Virus record (IMG/VR): IMGVR_UViG_3300023096_000002
Location: 6,894-70,893 of that record
Reading direction: 5' to 3' (one strand)
Length of the DNA stretch: 64,000 nt
Origin: a virus
How positions within the stretch are numbered: the stretch's first letter is position 1; every line of letters begins with the position of its first letter. Positions 20,166 through 29,966 of the stretch are shown here, one piece after another. The translations under genes were made by a program, and so were the position numbers. Below the pieces are notes generated by a model that was not told the origin of the DNA, searched no databases, and was given only the letters and a program-made list of their open reading frames with translations.

Positions 20166-21370
20166 CAGAGCTGTATCCTTTTCATTCCGACCGCGTTGTT
20201 TTGACGAAGGTCTTCAGTTGCGTATCGGACAGCATCCCAGCCGTGGTTGTCCATGTCTTCAAGGACCGGCAAGGGTTTCTGACTTAGTGGGTCAACCTTC
20301 CAGCTATAGAGCCGCGCTTCCTCCTGCATGTGGACGCATTCAGGGTCGATGACGATCTCATAGCCTTGCAGCCAGTTCACGCCTGATTTCACGCTGCCCG
20401 GACCTTTAACTGAGCCTCTGACGTTGAACCGCCTCTTATTGAGGAAGTCGATTGTCATTGGCTGCGAGCTGTCAGCGGTGATTGGGTAGCGCCGCACTTC
20501 ACTGACTTCATCCATTGCGGATGGCATGTCGTCAAGCGGGATGTGACCGAACATTTCCTGCGCGATGTAAATCTGGCGTGTTCTCTCGAGCACGTAGAGT
20601 TTCACCAAAGCGCTAGGGTCTCGGCTGAAACCAAAGTCCATGCCGAACCGTGGCATGTCATATTCGCTGGTGTTGAGACGGCCGACGCGCCAATTGGTGA
20701 AGACGCGGCTTTCGTTCATCTCATCGTAGTCACCCAACCAGACATGCTTAAAGCGCTTCAGATTGGAACGCTTCATACGCTCCATGTCGGAGGCCATTTC
20801 GCCGTGATAGAACCAAGGATTATCCTCGATACCGACACGCTGGATGTAAGCATCCTCCGGCGGGAAAGCCCCACGGAAGAAGTCGTCGATTGGGTCTTCA
20901 GGACTTACCGGGTTCCACGTACACCATATCTCGGAGCCGGGTTTACGGATGGTCGGGACGAGAAGCTCCCATGAACGTGCCTTCACGTTACGAGCTTCTT
21001 CGATCCAAAATATGTCAATATCGTCCAGCGATTTGATGCTGTCGATGTTGCGTTCAAGACCGACGAACGTGAAGCGACTGTCCAAGCGCCGATGGACGAT
21101 CTCGTTGTGCGTGACGTTGTAGTCACGCTGCAACCCTAGCTCTTTGATACGGCCTTCAATGGTAGACTTAGCGGAGTCACGAATTGAGTTCTGGAACTGA
21201 CGTCCGCAGACAATACGTGTCGGCTTTTGGCTGGAGATGACACTCAGGGCAAGACTTACTGACCGCGACTTAGCGGAACCGCGCCCGCCGAACAGCGCCT
21301 TGTAACGATAGGGCTGGAAGAGCGGACCGAATTTCTCGCCCAACGAAAGTTGGACAACCCGGTCCGCCAT
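20165..21370 (-). CDS. terL: Terminase large subunit (PBSX family)
   Basis: GGRGSAKS Walker A, WIEEA Walker B, TWNP, GMDFGF and NHGWDAVRYA motifs. Confidence 0.95.
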   Translation of the reverse strand: MADRVVQLSLGEKFGPLFQPYRYKALFGGRGSAKSRSVSLALSVISSQKPTRIVCGRQFQNSIRDSAKSTIEGRIKELGLQRDYNVTHNEIVHRRLDSRFTFVGLERNIDSIKSLDDIDIFWIEEARNVKARSWELLVPTIRKPGSEIWCTWNPVSPEDPIDDFFRGAFPPEDAYIQRVGIEDNPWFYHGEMASDMERMKRSNLKRFKHVWLGDYDEMNESRVFTNWRVGRLNTSEYDMPRFGMDFGFSRDPSALVKLYVLERTRQIYIAQEMFGHIPLDDMPSAMDEVSEVRRYPITADSSQPMTIDFLNKRRFNVRGSVKGPGSVKSGVNWLQGYEIVIDPECVHMQEEARLYSWKVDPLSQKPLPVLEDMDNHGWDAVRYATEDLRQNNAVGMKRIQL

Positions 21371-21373
21371 TTA

Positions 21374-21562
21374 TCAGACCTTGGTACGGGTGGAGGCAGT
21401 GCGGTTCGGACTGGAAGCAACTGGACCAGTTGGCGAACCTTTGATTGACTGACTGTCAACAGTCTTTATGCCGGTGGGCTGAGTGCCTTGGTTCAGATTG
21501 CGGCGACCTTGTGAATTGCCGCTTGCCTGAACTCGAGCTTTGCCGCAGGATGAGCAAGCCAT
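21374..21562 (-). CDS. Small basic protein with N-terminal CxxC
   Basis: Likely start MACSSCGKAR, with AAGGAG upstream. Confidence 0.55.
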   Translation of the reverse strand: MACSSCGKARVQASGNSQGRRNLNQGTQPTGIKTVDSQSIKGSPTGPVASSPNRTASTRTKV

Positions 21563-21582
21563 GTCGTTCTCCTTGACGTGGA

Positions 21583-21849
21583 TCAGTTGAACAGGTAACA
21601 GGAGGTCCACGCCAAAAAGCCTCCCAAAAGAAACCCAAAAGTTACTCCGCGATACCAAAAGCAGATGGGGCAGTCGTTCCAGAACATGCCTGCGAACAAA
21701 ATCCATCTGGAATTGTGCGGAAGTTCGTAACCGAACAGAAAGAATATAAATGTCCGGTCTACAATGCGCTCTACAGCCGCCCGCCGCCTATACCATATAC
21801 GGGCTTTGCGCACGCGCTCGGTCTGGCGTGCTCGATCATTTGGGAGCAT
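21583..21849 (-). CDS. Hypothetical membrane-associated protein
   Basis: Basic N-terminus, hydrophobic segments, DCPIC motif. Confidence 0.45.
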   Translation of the reverse strand: MLPNDRARQTERVRKARIWYRRRAAVERIVDRTFIFFLFGYELPHNSRWILFAGMFWNDCPICFWYRGVTFGFLLGGFLAWTSCYLFN

Positions 21850-22090
21850 TGGCTTTAGCCGCATGATTGATCATTGCAGTCAGTCGTGCGCCTTTGAGCT
21901 TGAGCATTGCCAGCTTTTTCTTGAGCAGGTTCATCTCACTCTCTTTGGCACGACGCTGAGCCCGCGTGATGTCAGTGCGCAGGGGAGTTGAAACTTCCCG
22001 CTCGGCATTCTCGAGAGCTTCATTCAGACGCATGGCCGCATCGGCCGCATCCTTTTCCATCTCAAGCGTCTTCAATTGCGTGTTAAGCAT
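21836..22090 (-). CDS. Coiled-coil hypothetical protein
   Basis: ORF track; GGAAGG upstream. Confidence 0.5.
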   Translation of the reverse strand: MLNTQLKTLEMEKDAADAAMRLNEALENAEREVSTPLRTDITRAQRRAKESEMNLLKKKLAMLKLKGARLTAMINHAAKANAPK

Positions 22091-22295
22091 CAGAGTTTTC
22101 CCTTCCGAATGCGGTTTGATCAGTGGTCAGATTGCTTTGGGCGCAACCTGTTTTGTTCGCGAATGGCGCGGCGAATGATCAGCTCCAGACTGTGACTGGC
22201 GTTCTCTATCTCGATGCGACCCTTTGTCACGACAGCCAGCGCTAACTTGCGGTCCGTGTCATCCGGGTTAAATATCCGTGATAGGAAGTTTGGCA

Positions 22296-22532
22296 CTAAT
22301 CCGCTCCCTTGCCCCGTAAGTAATCGGTGAGTGACTTTAAAGAAGTCAGCAACCGTTCTTGTACGAGGGCGCTTTCCTGACCCAACTTGATCAGGGTGTC
22401 CGTGAGAGTTTGTATCCGCCCATCCTGCTTGTAGATCACGTAACCCATCGCAAGTAATGCAATTCCGACGAGACCTTGATCCAGCAGCAATGACGAGATG
22501 CGCTCTGCTATTCCCAGAGTTTGAGGTTCCAT
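22296..22532 (-). CDS. Small single-TM protein, holin-like
   Basis: QGLVGIALLAMGYVIY transmembrane segment followed by a coiled coil. Confidence 0.45.
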   Translation of the reverse strand: MEPQTLGIAERISSLLLDQGLVGIALLAMGYVIYKQDGRIQTLTDTLIKLGQESALVQERLLTSLKSLTDYLRGKGAD

Positions 22533-22653
22533 TGAAGTCCGCCATGATCTCAACCTCTGGGAGTGTTACGCCCTTACTCAAGCATAACACACCAACGGGG
22601 TAATAGTTGCATTCTGACCGTCAAGACATCGCCTAATCGGTAAGTCCGTTGGT

Positions 22654-23586
22654 TTACGGATTGCTTACGCTGTCCGTTGTCGCGATGCCGTAGAACGATC
22701 CGCCGGTAGCGATGCCGCTGACAGTGCAGCCAGTCCAGCCGCCAGCCGGGAGAGTGCTAAAGAAAAGTCCAGTGCTGAAGCCGCCAGAGAGGAACGAACT
22801 ACGATCACGCGCCCATTTAAGGACAGGTTGTGATCCGGAGAACATCGCAGCGGCAGTCCAGGTGATACCGTCTACCGATTTCAGACCAGTCGTGAGCGTT
22901 TGCGGTGACACGAGATAGTCATTGTCGATAGTATTCTGAGCAGGAGAATTGGACGGCACGCCAGTCGCGCGCTCAGTCCAAGTTATCCCGTCAGGGGAAG
23001 TCATGACTGACGATCCGGTGCGAGAAGCCAAAACAAATTGACTGTCGCTTTCAGACCACATCACGCCATTGCCTCCGGTGGAGGTCGTAGCAGCCGTAGT
23101 CCATGTGACACCGCCATCATCAGAACGGGCGGCAGTGCTCGGGCCGACGACTACGATGCGATCCAAGGACGGCGAGTAAGCAGCGGAGTTCCACGAGACG
23201 GCAGCAATGGTACGCGTTGTCCACGTGATACCGTCTGGTGAAGTGTAGCAGGTGGATGGCCCAAAAGCTACGAACTGATTTTGGGTGGGTATCCATATGA
23301 GAGCATGGAAAATACCCGGGATGGCAACGTTCGTCCAAGTGACGCCGTAGTCATCGGAATAAGCTGCTTGCAGCGTATTGTACGATCCAATGACAAAGCG
23401 CGTCAAAGCACCGGAATACGCAACTGCGAGGGATTGCGGAACCGGCTTAGGCAGGATTTGAACCCAGCCGTTCGCAATGTCACCAGTGCAACGGTAGAAG
23501 TTTTCAGTTCCTACTGCGACCGCTTTGAAAGCTGGAGCGGGTGGGCCGTGGCGGCGATGAATTCTACGACGCGCCACGTTCACCAT
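22654..23586 (-). CDS. BNR/Asp-box beta-propeller protein, putative receptor-binding tip (copy 2)
   Basis: Repeated SDDYGVTWT / TSPDGITWT motifs. Confidence 0.75.
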   Translation of the reverse strand: MVNVARRRIHRRHGPPAPAFKAVAVGTENFYRCTGDIANGWVQILPKPVPQSLAVAYSGALTRFVIGSYNTLQAAYSDDYGVTWTNVAIPGIFHALIWIPTQNQFVAFGPSTCYTSPDGITWTTRTIAAVSWNSAAYSPSLDRIVVVGPSTAARSDDGGVTWTTAATTSTGGNGVMWSESDSQFVLASRTGSSVMTSPDGITWTERATGVPSNSPAQNTIDNDYLVSPQTLTTGLKSVDGITWTAAAMFSGSQPVLKWARDRSSFLSGGFSTGLFFSTLPAGGWTGCTVSGIATGGSFYGIATTDSVSNP

Positions 23587-23596
23587 TGCAAGCTCC

Positions 23597-24571
23597 TTAG
23601 TCCGGGTTCAAAGTCTGGTCCGTGTGACCAAGCGCATACCAGTTGGCGACGTTTGGAATTGAAGACGTCCAACCACTGGAGTTATCATCAGGAGCCCAGA
23701 AGGTTCCTGCGCCGAAGTATCCGGCATAGAACACGCCGCGATCACCAAGCCATTGGGTTGTCACTGCGAGACCGGCAGGCATGTTGCCAGCGCTCCACAC
23801 TTTGCCATCCGTCGAGCGAGCACCAAAAGTCCCAGCTTGGTGTGGTCCAGCATGAGCAAAACCAGTCCGCTCATTTGTCGCAATGTAGTTATAGCTCGCC
23901 GGACCAACGCCAATCACCCACGTGATCCCATCCAAGCTGTAGAGGAGACCGTTCGTGCCGCGACTGCCGATGTTGAACAGACCGTTCTTTGCAGACCAAT
24001 CACAGCCGACGGCATTGGAAGCCGTTGTCGTAACGGCTGTCCACGTTACGCCCTTGTCATCGGAATACTTGGCGCTGGCTCCGCCGACTGCAACGATGCG
24101 ACCGTCCCCGGAGCCGAGGGTAGGGGAGAACCCCATGGAGTTAGCCACAAAGCCAAGAGCAGTTTTGGCGGTCCACGTAATGCCGTCCGGTGAAGTGTAA
24201 ACAGCGCCGGTGCTTGTCAATGCATAGAACAGATTATGCATCGCCACGAACTTCAGATAATAAGCAGCGAACGGGACCGCGATAGTAGTGAAGGTCACGT
24301 TGTCGTCATCAGAATAAGCTATCTGATTAGCCGCATAATTCGCAACGATGAACCGACGCAGTGGACCGGAATAGGCAATACCGATCACACTGGAGAATGG
24401 CGTACCTGCGATGTTGACCCAACCACCCGGACCACCGAGCTTAGGATCATCCTCGCAGCGCCACCAGCCAGCGGTGTCGGAAATTGCCAGTGCCTTAAAC
24501 CGCGCCGGAAAGGCGTTTCCACTCCGCTTGCGCGTGTAGATGCCTTTCCGCATGTTCATCATTGACGGCAT
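23597..24571 (-). CDS. BNR/Asp-box beta-propeller protein, putative receptor-binding tip (copy 1)
   Basis: TSPDGITWT, SDDKGVTWT and SLDGITW repeats; paralogue of the neighbouring gene. Confidence 0.75.
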   Translation of the reverse strand: MPSMMNMRKGIYTRKRSGNAFPARFKALAISDTAGWWRCEDDPKLGGPGGWVNIAGTPFSSVIGIAYSGPLRRFIVANYAANQIAYSDDDNVTFTTIAVPFAAYYLKFVAMHNLFYALTSTGAVYTSPDGITWTAKTALGFVANSMGFSPTLGSGDGRIVAVGGASAKYSDDKGVTWTAVTTTASNAVGCDWSAKNGLFNIGSRGTNGLLYSLDGITWVIGVGPASYNYIATNERTGFAHAGPHQAGTFGARSTDGKVWSAGNMPAGLAVTTQWLGDRGVFYAGYFGAGTFWAPDDNSSGWTSSIPNVANWYALGHTDQTLNPD

Positions 24572-25776
24572 TAGACCGGCTCCATGTTTCCTGCCAAGTC
24601 CCAGATATCCGTTCCGACCTTAGTCAGGATGGCAGACGAGAATGCAGCGAGCACAAACGTCTGAGTGGAGGGCTTGTTGATTGTCACGCCAGCGCCTGGA
24701 GTGATTGTCAGATTGCCAGTGTTCGCGTTGATGAACGCAATCGTGGTTCCTTGCGGGAAGGCCAGTGTCGCGTTCGGTGGGACCGTCAGCGTCTTCGCGC
24801 TAGCGTTCGTCATGCGGATGTACTTATTGGTATCCGCAAGCGCGATGGTCTTGGCCGTGGTGGCGTCGACAACGATCGTAACTTCCGGGACAACCAAAAG
24901 GCCAGCCGCATCAGCCGTGAGCTGATTACCGGTGACAGCACTGAGTTTTACATCAGCAGTCAGAGGAGTACCAGCTTCACCAGTGCCGCCTAGATTGATC
25001 GTAGCGGTGTCAGTAATTTCCAGTGGCGGAGCGGGATCGCCCTGCGGACCCTCCGGTCCAGTTGGTCCAGTCGCACCAGTGTTACCGATGAGACCTTGTG
25101 GACCCTGTGGACCTTGCGGGCCGTCTGGACCCTGCGGACCAGCGGGACCATCTGGACCTTGCGGACCGGCAATACCTTGCGGACCTTGAGCACCATCCGC
25201 ACCAGCCGGACCAGCCGGACCCTGCGGTCCAGTCGCGCCGGTAGCACCAGCAGGACCAGTCGGACCGACCGGACCTTCAACGCCAGTGAAGAACCCAAAA
25301 TCCTGCCAAGTCGGGGTCGGCATGACAGGCTGAAACTGGATGATGTGACGTTCCATGTCACCAGCAAGGGACGGCGGAACGTTCTGGTCAGCACGCAAGT
25401 CACCTTCAGGATTTACGACGTAAACCCATTCAATGCCAGCGGCTTCAATCGCTGCGATCTTGGCATCAGTCAGGTCGCCGTATTCATCCGGAACCAGACC
25501 GCCGCCCGTCGCGCCCTGCGGACCCTGAGCGCCATCAGCGCCGTTGAGCCCGTCAGCTCCAGCAGGACCGACCGGACCGGCAGGACCTTGTGGACCGGCA
25601 GGACCTACAGCACCCTGCGGACCAGTTGCGCCCTGCGGACCTTGAGCACCGGCAGGACCCTGCGGACCTTGAGGGCCAACTCCACCGCCGCCGCCAGCCA
25701 TTACAGGAGCAGCGTTGGTTGGGAGGTCTTGCGCAACGTTAGGAGCGCACGCGTCAATGCATTGTTCATCAGCCAT
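24571..25776 (-). CDS. Collagen-like fibre protein (putative head fibre)
   Basis: Two Gly-X-Y blocks (GPQ/GPA); N-terminal CxxxC; C-terminal fibre domain ending WDLAGN. Confidence 0.8.
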   Translation of the reverse strand: MADEQCIDACAPNVAQDLPTNAAPVMAGGGGGVGPQGPQGPAGAQGPQGATGPQGAVGPAGPQGPAGPVGPAGADGLNGADGAQGPQGATGGGLVPDEYGDLTDAKIAAIEAAGIEWVYVVNPEGDLRADQNVPPSLAGDMERHIIQFQPVMPTPTWQDFGFFTGVEGPVGPTGPAGATGATGPQGPAGPAGADGAQGPQGIAGPQGPDGPAGPQGPDGPQGPQGPQGLIGNTGATGPTGPEGPQGDPAPPLEITDTATINLGGTGEAGTPLTADVKLSAVTGNQLTADAAGLLVVPEVTIVVDATTAKTIALADTNKYIRMTNASAKTLTVPPNATLAFPQGTTIAFINANTGNLTITPGAGVTINKPSTQTFVLAAFSSAILTKVGTDIWDLAGNMEPV

Positions 25777-25830
25777 CTCCGGGCTCCTTTGCGAATTTTA
25801 AAACTCTCCGGAAAGAGCTTGAAAATTAGC

Positions 25831-25864
25831 AAAATCCCCAGGAAATCGTGAGAAATCCTGGGGA
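25831..25864 (-). terminator. Intrinsic terminator-like hairpin inside the late operon
   Basis: TCCCCAGGA/TCCTGGGGA stem followed by TTTT on the minus strand. Confidence 0.5.
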
Positions 25865-26034
25865 ATAATGAGAAATAATTGGTGCCGCCGGAAGCTATAG
25901 AACGACATGAACCTTCGCTTCCGGCAGCTGATCACTCAGGGAGGGAACCCCGGAGCGAACCTATTCACCGAAGATGTAAACAAATCCGGTTAAACCGAGC
26001 GCCGCGAGGACTAGATACTGACATACGAACCATG

Positions 26035-26349
26035 TCATGCGCCCAAACTCCTCGGGACAGTATAATTGTTGGCGGACCGTTGCTCTTCGTCACGTTCATC
26101 ACCGAACCAAAAGGGGTTGAGGATAGTTCGCAACTTAGCATCCTGCTCAAAGTCAACGTACTTGCGCTCAGGGATATCCTCGTAGATACCCTTGATTATG
26201 TTCAAGCGACTTTGAGCGCAGACCGTCCGGACCGTAAACGTTCCAAGACCGTAGACGCGACTTGTTCCAGTTGTAGCCAATTCAAGCTGCACCTGATCCC
26301 ATGTCTTCTTGCTGTTCCCAGCGAAATTTGCACGCCGTGGAGCAGCCAT
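26035..26349 (-). CDS. HU/IHF-like DNA-binding protein (short N-terminus)
   Basis: VYGLGTFTVR...RLN...G....IPERKYVDF....KLR..LN matches the HU/IHF beta-arm signature. Confidence 0.65.
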   Translation of the reverse strand: MAAPRRANFAGNSKKTWDQVQLELATTGTSRVYGLGTFTVRTVCAQSRLNIIKGIYEDIPERKYVDFEQDAKLRTILNPFWFGDERDEEQRSANNYTVPRSLGA

Positions 26350-26906
26350 TATGCGTCCTCAGTCTTGACCTGTTCAACGAACTCAGCAACGGGGTCCGCT
26401 TCCGGCTTCGGCAGGACGGTCCCAGTCGGCAGCAAGGTGAACTGAACGATCGTGTTCCCAAGGGCAGCGCCTCCAGGACCAGTGTGCTCATTGACCAGCT
26501 TTTCGTTGTAGTCCGGATTGATGCGGGCCGCGATCCATTTCCGGGTGTCAATGCGGAGGGCCGCACGACGAATGCTGGAGGTCTTGATCATTGGACCGTT
26601 GACACCCATAGTGATGTCATCAGTGCAATCATCCGCAATCTCAATCATCTCGTCAACATAGCTCTCAACGCGAGCCATCTTGGCGATCTTGTATTTCTCC
26701 TTGAAATCCGGATACTTGTGCAGCCAAGCGTAGATCGTGTTCTTGGTCGCAGGCATTCCCGGATAACGCATAGCCTGATCCATTGTCAGACCAGCCGCAA
26801 TCAGCTCACAGAACTTGTCGCCGAGCTCAACGCTCCAGGAGGCATACTGTTCTGGATTATCAATAAAGGACTGCACGTGATCCGGCAGTTCATTTTCGTC
26901 AGACAC
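26349..26906 (-). CDS. terS: Terminase small subunit (Sf6-like)
   Basis: CELIAAG, GMP...TIYAWL and LRIDTRKWIAARINP.Y motifs; likely GTG start after AAGGAG. Confidence 0.85.
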   Translation of the reverse strand: MSDENELPDHVQSFIDNPEQYASWSVELGDKFCELIAAGLTMDQAMRYPGMPATKNTIYAWLHKYPDFKEKYKIAKMARVESYVDEMIEIADDCTDDITMGVNGPMIKTSSIRRAALRIDTRKWIAARINPDYNEKLVNEHTGPGGAALGNTIVQFTLLPTGTVLPKPEADPVAEFVEQVKTEDA

Positions 26907-26990
26907 GGCGTACTCCTTTCTGAAATTGTCGCGCTTGCAGCCATCTGTTGATGAGCCATGCGCGTGCCTTTTCTCTTTAAGCATTCTCAC

Positions 26991-27378
26991 GGATGCGACA
27001 GAACCGAAGGTGCCGAGCTGAGGAGTGTATCAGCGCTCTGGTGGATTTCGTCTCGGGGAAGCCAAGGTTAAGCTGTGCACGCTTTGACCGAGACTTGGGA
27101 TCAACAGGTCAGGAGATCAACCCCGCACTGAACGATCTTACCCCGAGGAGTGTTGGGCGGCGAGGCTTGGAGGATCTCGAGCCGCCCGAAATGAGATCGC
27201 CCCGGAAGGCGAGACCATAAGGAACTCTTCCGGGGCGATCGTTGAGAGCTCAATCAGGTCTCGAGATGCGCGGCACTTCATCTCAGGGAGTTCCCGAGAA
27301 GAGTGCTGCACTGCGTGGACTTAAACCTTAACCCGGAGGGGGTTTTATCCAGCGAAACCAATGACGTATGCCCTACCC
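26991..27378. ncRNA. Multi-hairpin structured non-coding region (late leader or sRNA)
   Basis: At least four stems, including a perfect 14-bp stem at 27195-27208/27227-27240. Confidence 0.5.
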
Positions 27379-28023
27379 TCATGCATACGCGACTTGCGAG
27401 GCGATTGCAAGAGGTTTCTTCGGCGCCATCGTCAGAAAACTTAACGGGACTTTGAGCGGCAAATCCTTCCCAAAAAGGCTGACCTGGACGGTAGCGAGGA
27501 CTCCATCAATAGCCAAGACCGGAACCTCATTCCCCTTCCATTCACCGCGAACAATCATCACGCGACTGCCCTTCTTGATCGACTTGTCGATGATTGGCGC
27601 GTGAGGCATGAGGTCGTTTTCAAGGATACGGAGCTCCGTGATAAGCGCTTCCGGAATGCGCACCGGGACGTCATGATTGCAGAGCACATTATAATATCCG
27701 CGCTGCCCGCGTATGTGATACCATTGCTGATCCGTACCGAGCATCTTGACGAAGATGTATCCTCCCAGCATCGGCCTGCGCACGACGACTTCTTGCTCTT
27801 TCGGCGGGAGTTTGCGCCTCCCTCGCGGGCGCGTAATATATTGGTCCATCGGGCAGTAGGCGACGATCTCCAGGGATGGGTCCTGTTGCGTCATCATCTC
27901 ACCCAAAAGGTTGATTGCTTGGGTGACCTCCACCTGGAGCTTACCAAAAGTGGAGACGCAGAACCATTGCGGAGTTGCGTGTATGGGGTATAATCCGGTA
28001 TTAATCCAGCTGAGTGTGCTCAC
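27379..28023 (-). CDS. NusG/RfaH-family transcription antitermination factor (NGN + KOW)
   Basis: WFCVST, AYCP and RPMLGGYIFV (NGN domain); KKGSRVMIVRGEWKG and VSLFGK (KOW domain). Confidence 0.85.
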   Translation of the reverse strand: MSTLSWINTGLYPIHATPQWFCVSTFGKLQVEVTQAINLLGEMMTQQDPSLEIVAYCPMDQYITRPRGRRKLPPKEQEVVVRRPMLGGYIFVKMLGTDQQWYHIRGQRGYYNVLCNHDVPVRIPEALITELRILENDLMPHAPIIDKSIKKGSRVMIVRGEWKGNEVPVLAIDGVLATVQVSLFGKDLPLKVPLSFLTMAPKKPLAIASQVAYA

Positions 28024-28466
28024 TTTAGTGTCCCTCCAAAAGCGTTGATGATCAGTCTCTGCAAGTCTTCATTGATATGCTCGGGTCCGAACTTGAAGCA
28101 GGAGTTCAGTTCGAAGCCCAATTCCCAGTCCTCGTCGCTGAGGCGCTTACCATCGAAGGCGTAGCTATCCCAGATATTTTCTGGACCCGGACGCTTTACA
28201 CCTGTGATCACCCATGATACTCCACCGGCGCGGGCGAACTTATAATGCCATACGATCTGAGATGGGCGCACTTCTTCCGGGAATATACGACCTTTGCGAA
28301 CCTTTCCGACCTTGTACTCCAACGGGAGCAGGCGATGGCTGGATGGGCACATGAGCTGAACGTCGGGATAACCGATACCGCTGCCTATTCCGGGTTCGTA
28401 GAGTTCGCTCCAGCCTTGCCATGCTTTGAGAGTGAACCGTTTGTAGACGGTTTCTGGGCGTGCCAT
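28020..28466 (-). CDS. PD-(D/E)xK nuclease, VRR-NUC/Holliday junction resolvase-like
   Basis: GYPD...LEYK...RPSQIVW...AGG motif; likely start MARPET. Confidence 0.7.
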   Translation of the reverse strand: MARPETVYKRFTLKAWQGWSELYEPGIGSGIGYPDVQLMCPSSHRLLPLEYKVGKVRKGRIFPEEVRPSQIVWHYKFARAGGVSWVITGVKRPGPENIWDSYAFDGKRLSDEDWELGFELNSCFKFGPEHINEDLQRLIINAFGGTLK

Positions 28467-28547
28467 GATATTCCTGTGCCGTGGGATCGCATTCGAGTTC
28501 GCTCTTGCGAATAGCATATTTGCGATGTGAATGCAAGGTTATTCGTT

Positions 28548-28863
28548 GTCCTGGGTTCTTGGTTGTGGTATGGTGGGAGCAATACGTTGATCAGAGCCTC
28601 GCCCGATTGGGACGCAAGGCCAGTGTCCTAGAACCGGTAATAGCCGTGCAGCGTATTCGAGGGGACGAGCGGTCTCAATCGTGAGAGCCAGCCGCGCAAG
28701 GAAGTCCGGCATACCCCGAGAGTAGCCATTCTCTCGGGGCTTTATCCGTTTTTCTTGGTACAATTGCCGTGGGTTTAGAAGCATCAACGACGGTCGGTGG
28801 GATTTGGATCGCGTCGCTGTGGTGATTGCTCATGGTAGAGGTGTCGTGGTCCTGGGTTCTTGG
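28548..28863 (+). repeat. 15-bp direct repeat GTCCTGGGTTCTTGG (2 copies)
   Basis: Copies at 28548 and 28849. Confidence 0.7.
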
Positions 28864-29810
28864 GGCAAAGTCGGTTTGTAATTGGTGATGGTCCGTGGAT
28901 CGTTTTAATCGGTAAAATTCGGTCGCGCTTAGGGAGGGGGAGGGGCGATCGCCCTACGAGGTCGCCGCCGTCAGTCAGGGGGGGTGCATGGTTAACAAAT
29001 CGTTCAGTCAAATGGTTAATGAGAGGTGTGCGTTAACCATATCTCTTAATGAACTGTTAACTATCAGGGGGCTTGAGTATCATTTAGCTAAAACTTTACA
29101 CAACTGTTAGCTGTTCATTAACCTTGAACTATACTGCAGGATGCTATTGAAGTAGTTTGAACTACTTGAACAATACTTATCAACACTGCTATCCCATTGT
29201 AAACGTTAGGTTATTTGTCCGTTGACGTTGGCATATGCTGCATAACATGCATTATGGAACTATTTGATAAAGTTTTAATCTAATTTTAATGGTTGAACAG
29301 TGTTACTCCAGCCATGCAAGCTCACTGTCAGGCGGTAGTTTCCGGGTGCTATGAGGGTACGGTCCATGGACTGGTGCGCTCTGGCGGGCTTCTGTGTGCC
29401 TTGTAGGGGTGATCGGAAGGCTTGCTGGACAGGGGATTGGCGACGGTCCTCGCGCAAAGAATAATTACCGTTTCTCGTTGAGAGCAGTGGTTGTTTACAC
29501 GCTACAGGTTGCATGCCTTCGTTAGCATTGACTAATAGATAACCAAAAAAGGCGATATCTTCTGCGGACATGGTTGTATTTGCCGCATGGCTGCAACCGT
29601 TCAGGTTTTATTTATATTACTACCTTACTTACCTCCCCCGTGAAGGAATTTATTATAATTAGATATTTCTATACTTTGGGTAAGGTTAAACCCAATAAAA
29701 ACTTTGAACGCGTGTACTTGGCACTGAGTACTTGCAACTAACAGTATACTTGAGAGCATGATTTTAGCCCCAACTCTCGCCTTTTTTGGACCCAAGGACC
29801 ACGGACAATG

Positions 29811-29849
29811 AACCCATAACCCAAAACCCCAAACCATACCCCTAACCAC
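29811..29849 (-). repeat. Telomere-like G-tract repeat
   Basis: Minus strand reads TGTGGTTAGGGGTATGGTTTGGGGTTTTGGGTTATGGGTT. Confidence 0.55.
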
Positions 29850-29966
29850 AAAGCAAAACGCGCTAGGGAGCCCATTAAAGCCCCGCCAGCGCGTTCCACA
29901 TACCCTACCCTAGTAGCCCCTTACCCAACGCCAAAGAACGCGCCAGCGGCCTCCTATGGCAGCGTC

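Noticed and set aside
25030-25680. GGACC-rich tandem DNA repeats
   Set aside because: Fully explained by Gly-Pro-X collagen coding.
26991-27378. tRNA, tmRNA or SRP RNA
   Set aside because: No cloverleaf, T-loop or SRP motif found; ORF 26993-27220 also looks spurious.
28539-29849. ORFs 28539-28787, 28784-29011, 29275-29571 and 29625-29849
   Set aside because: They lie in skewed, repeat-rich DNA with low-complexity translations and weak starts; not called as genes.
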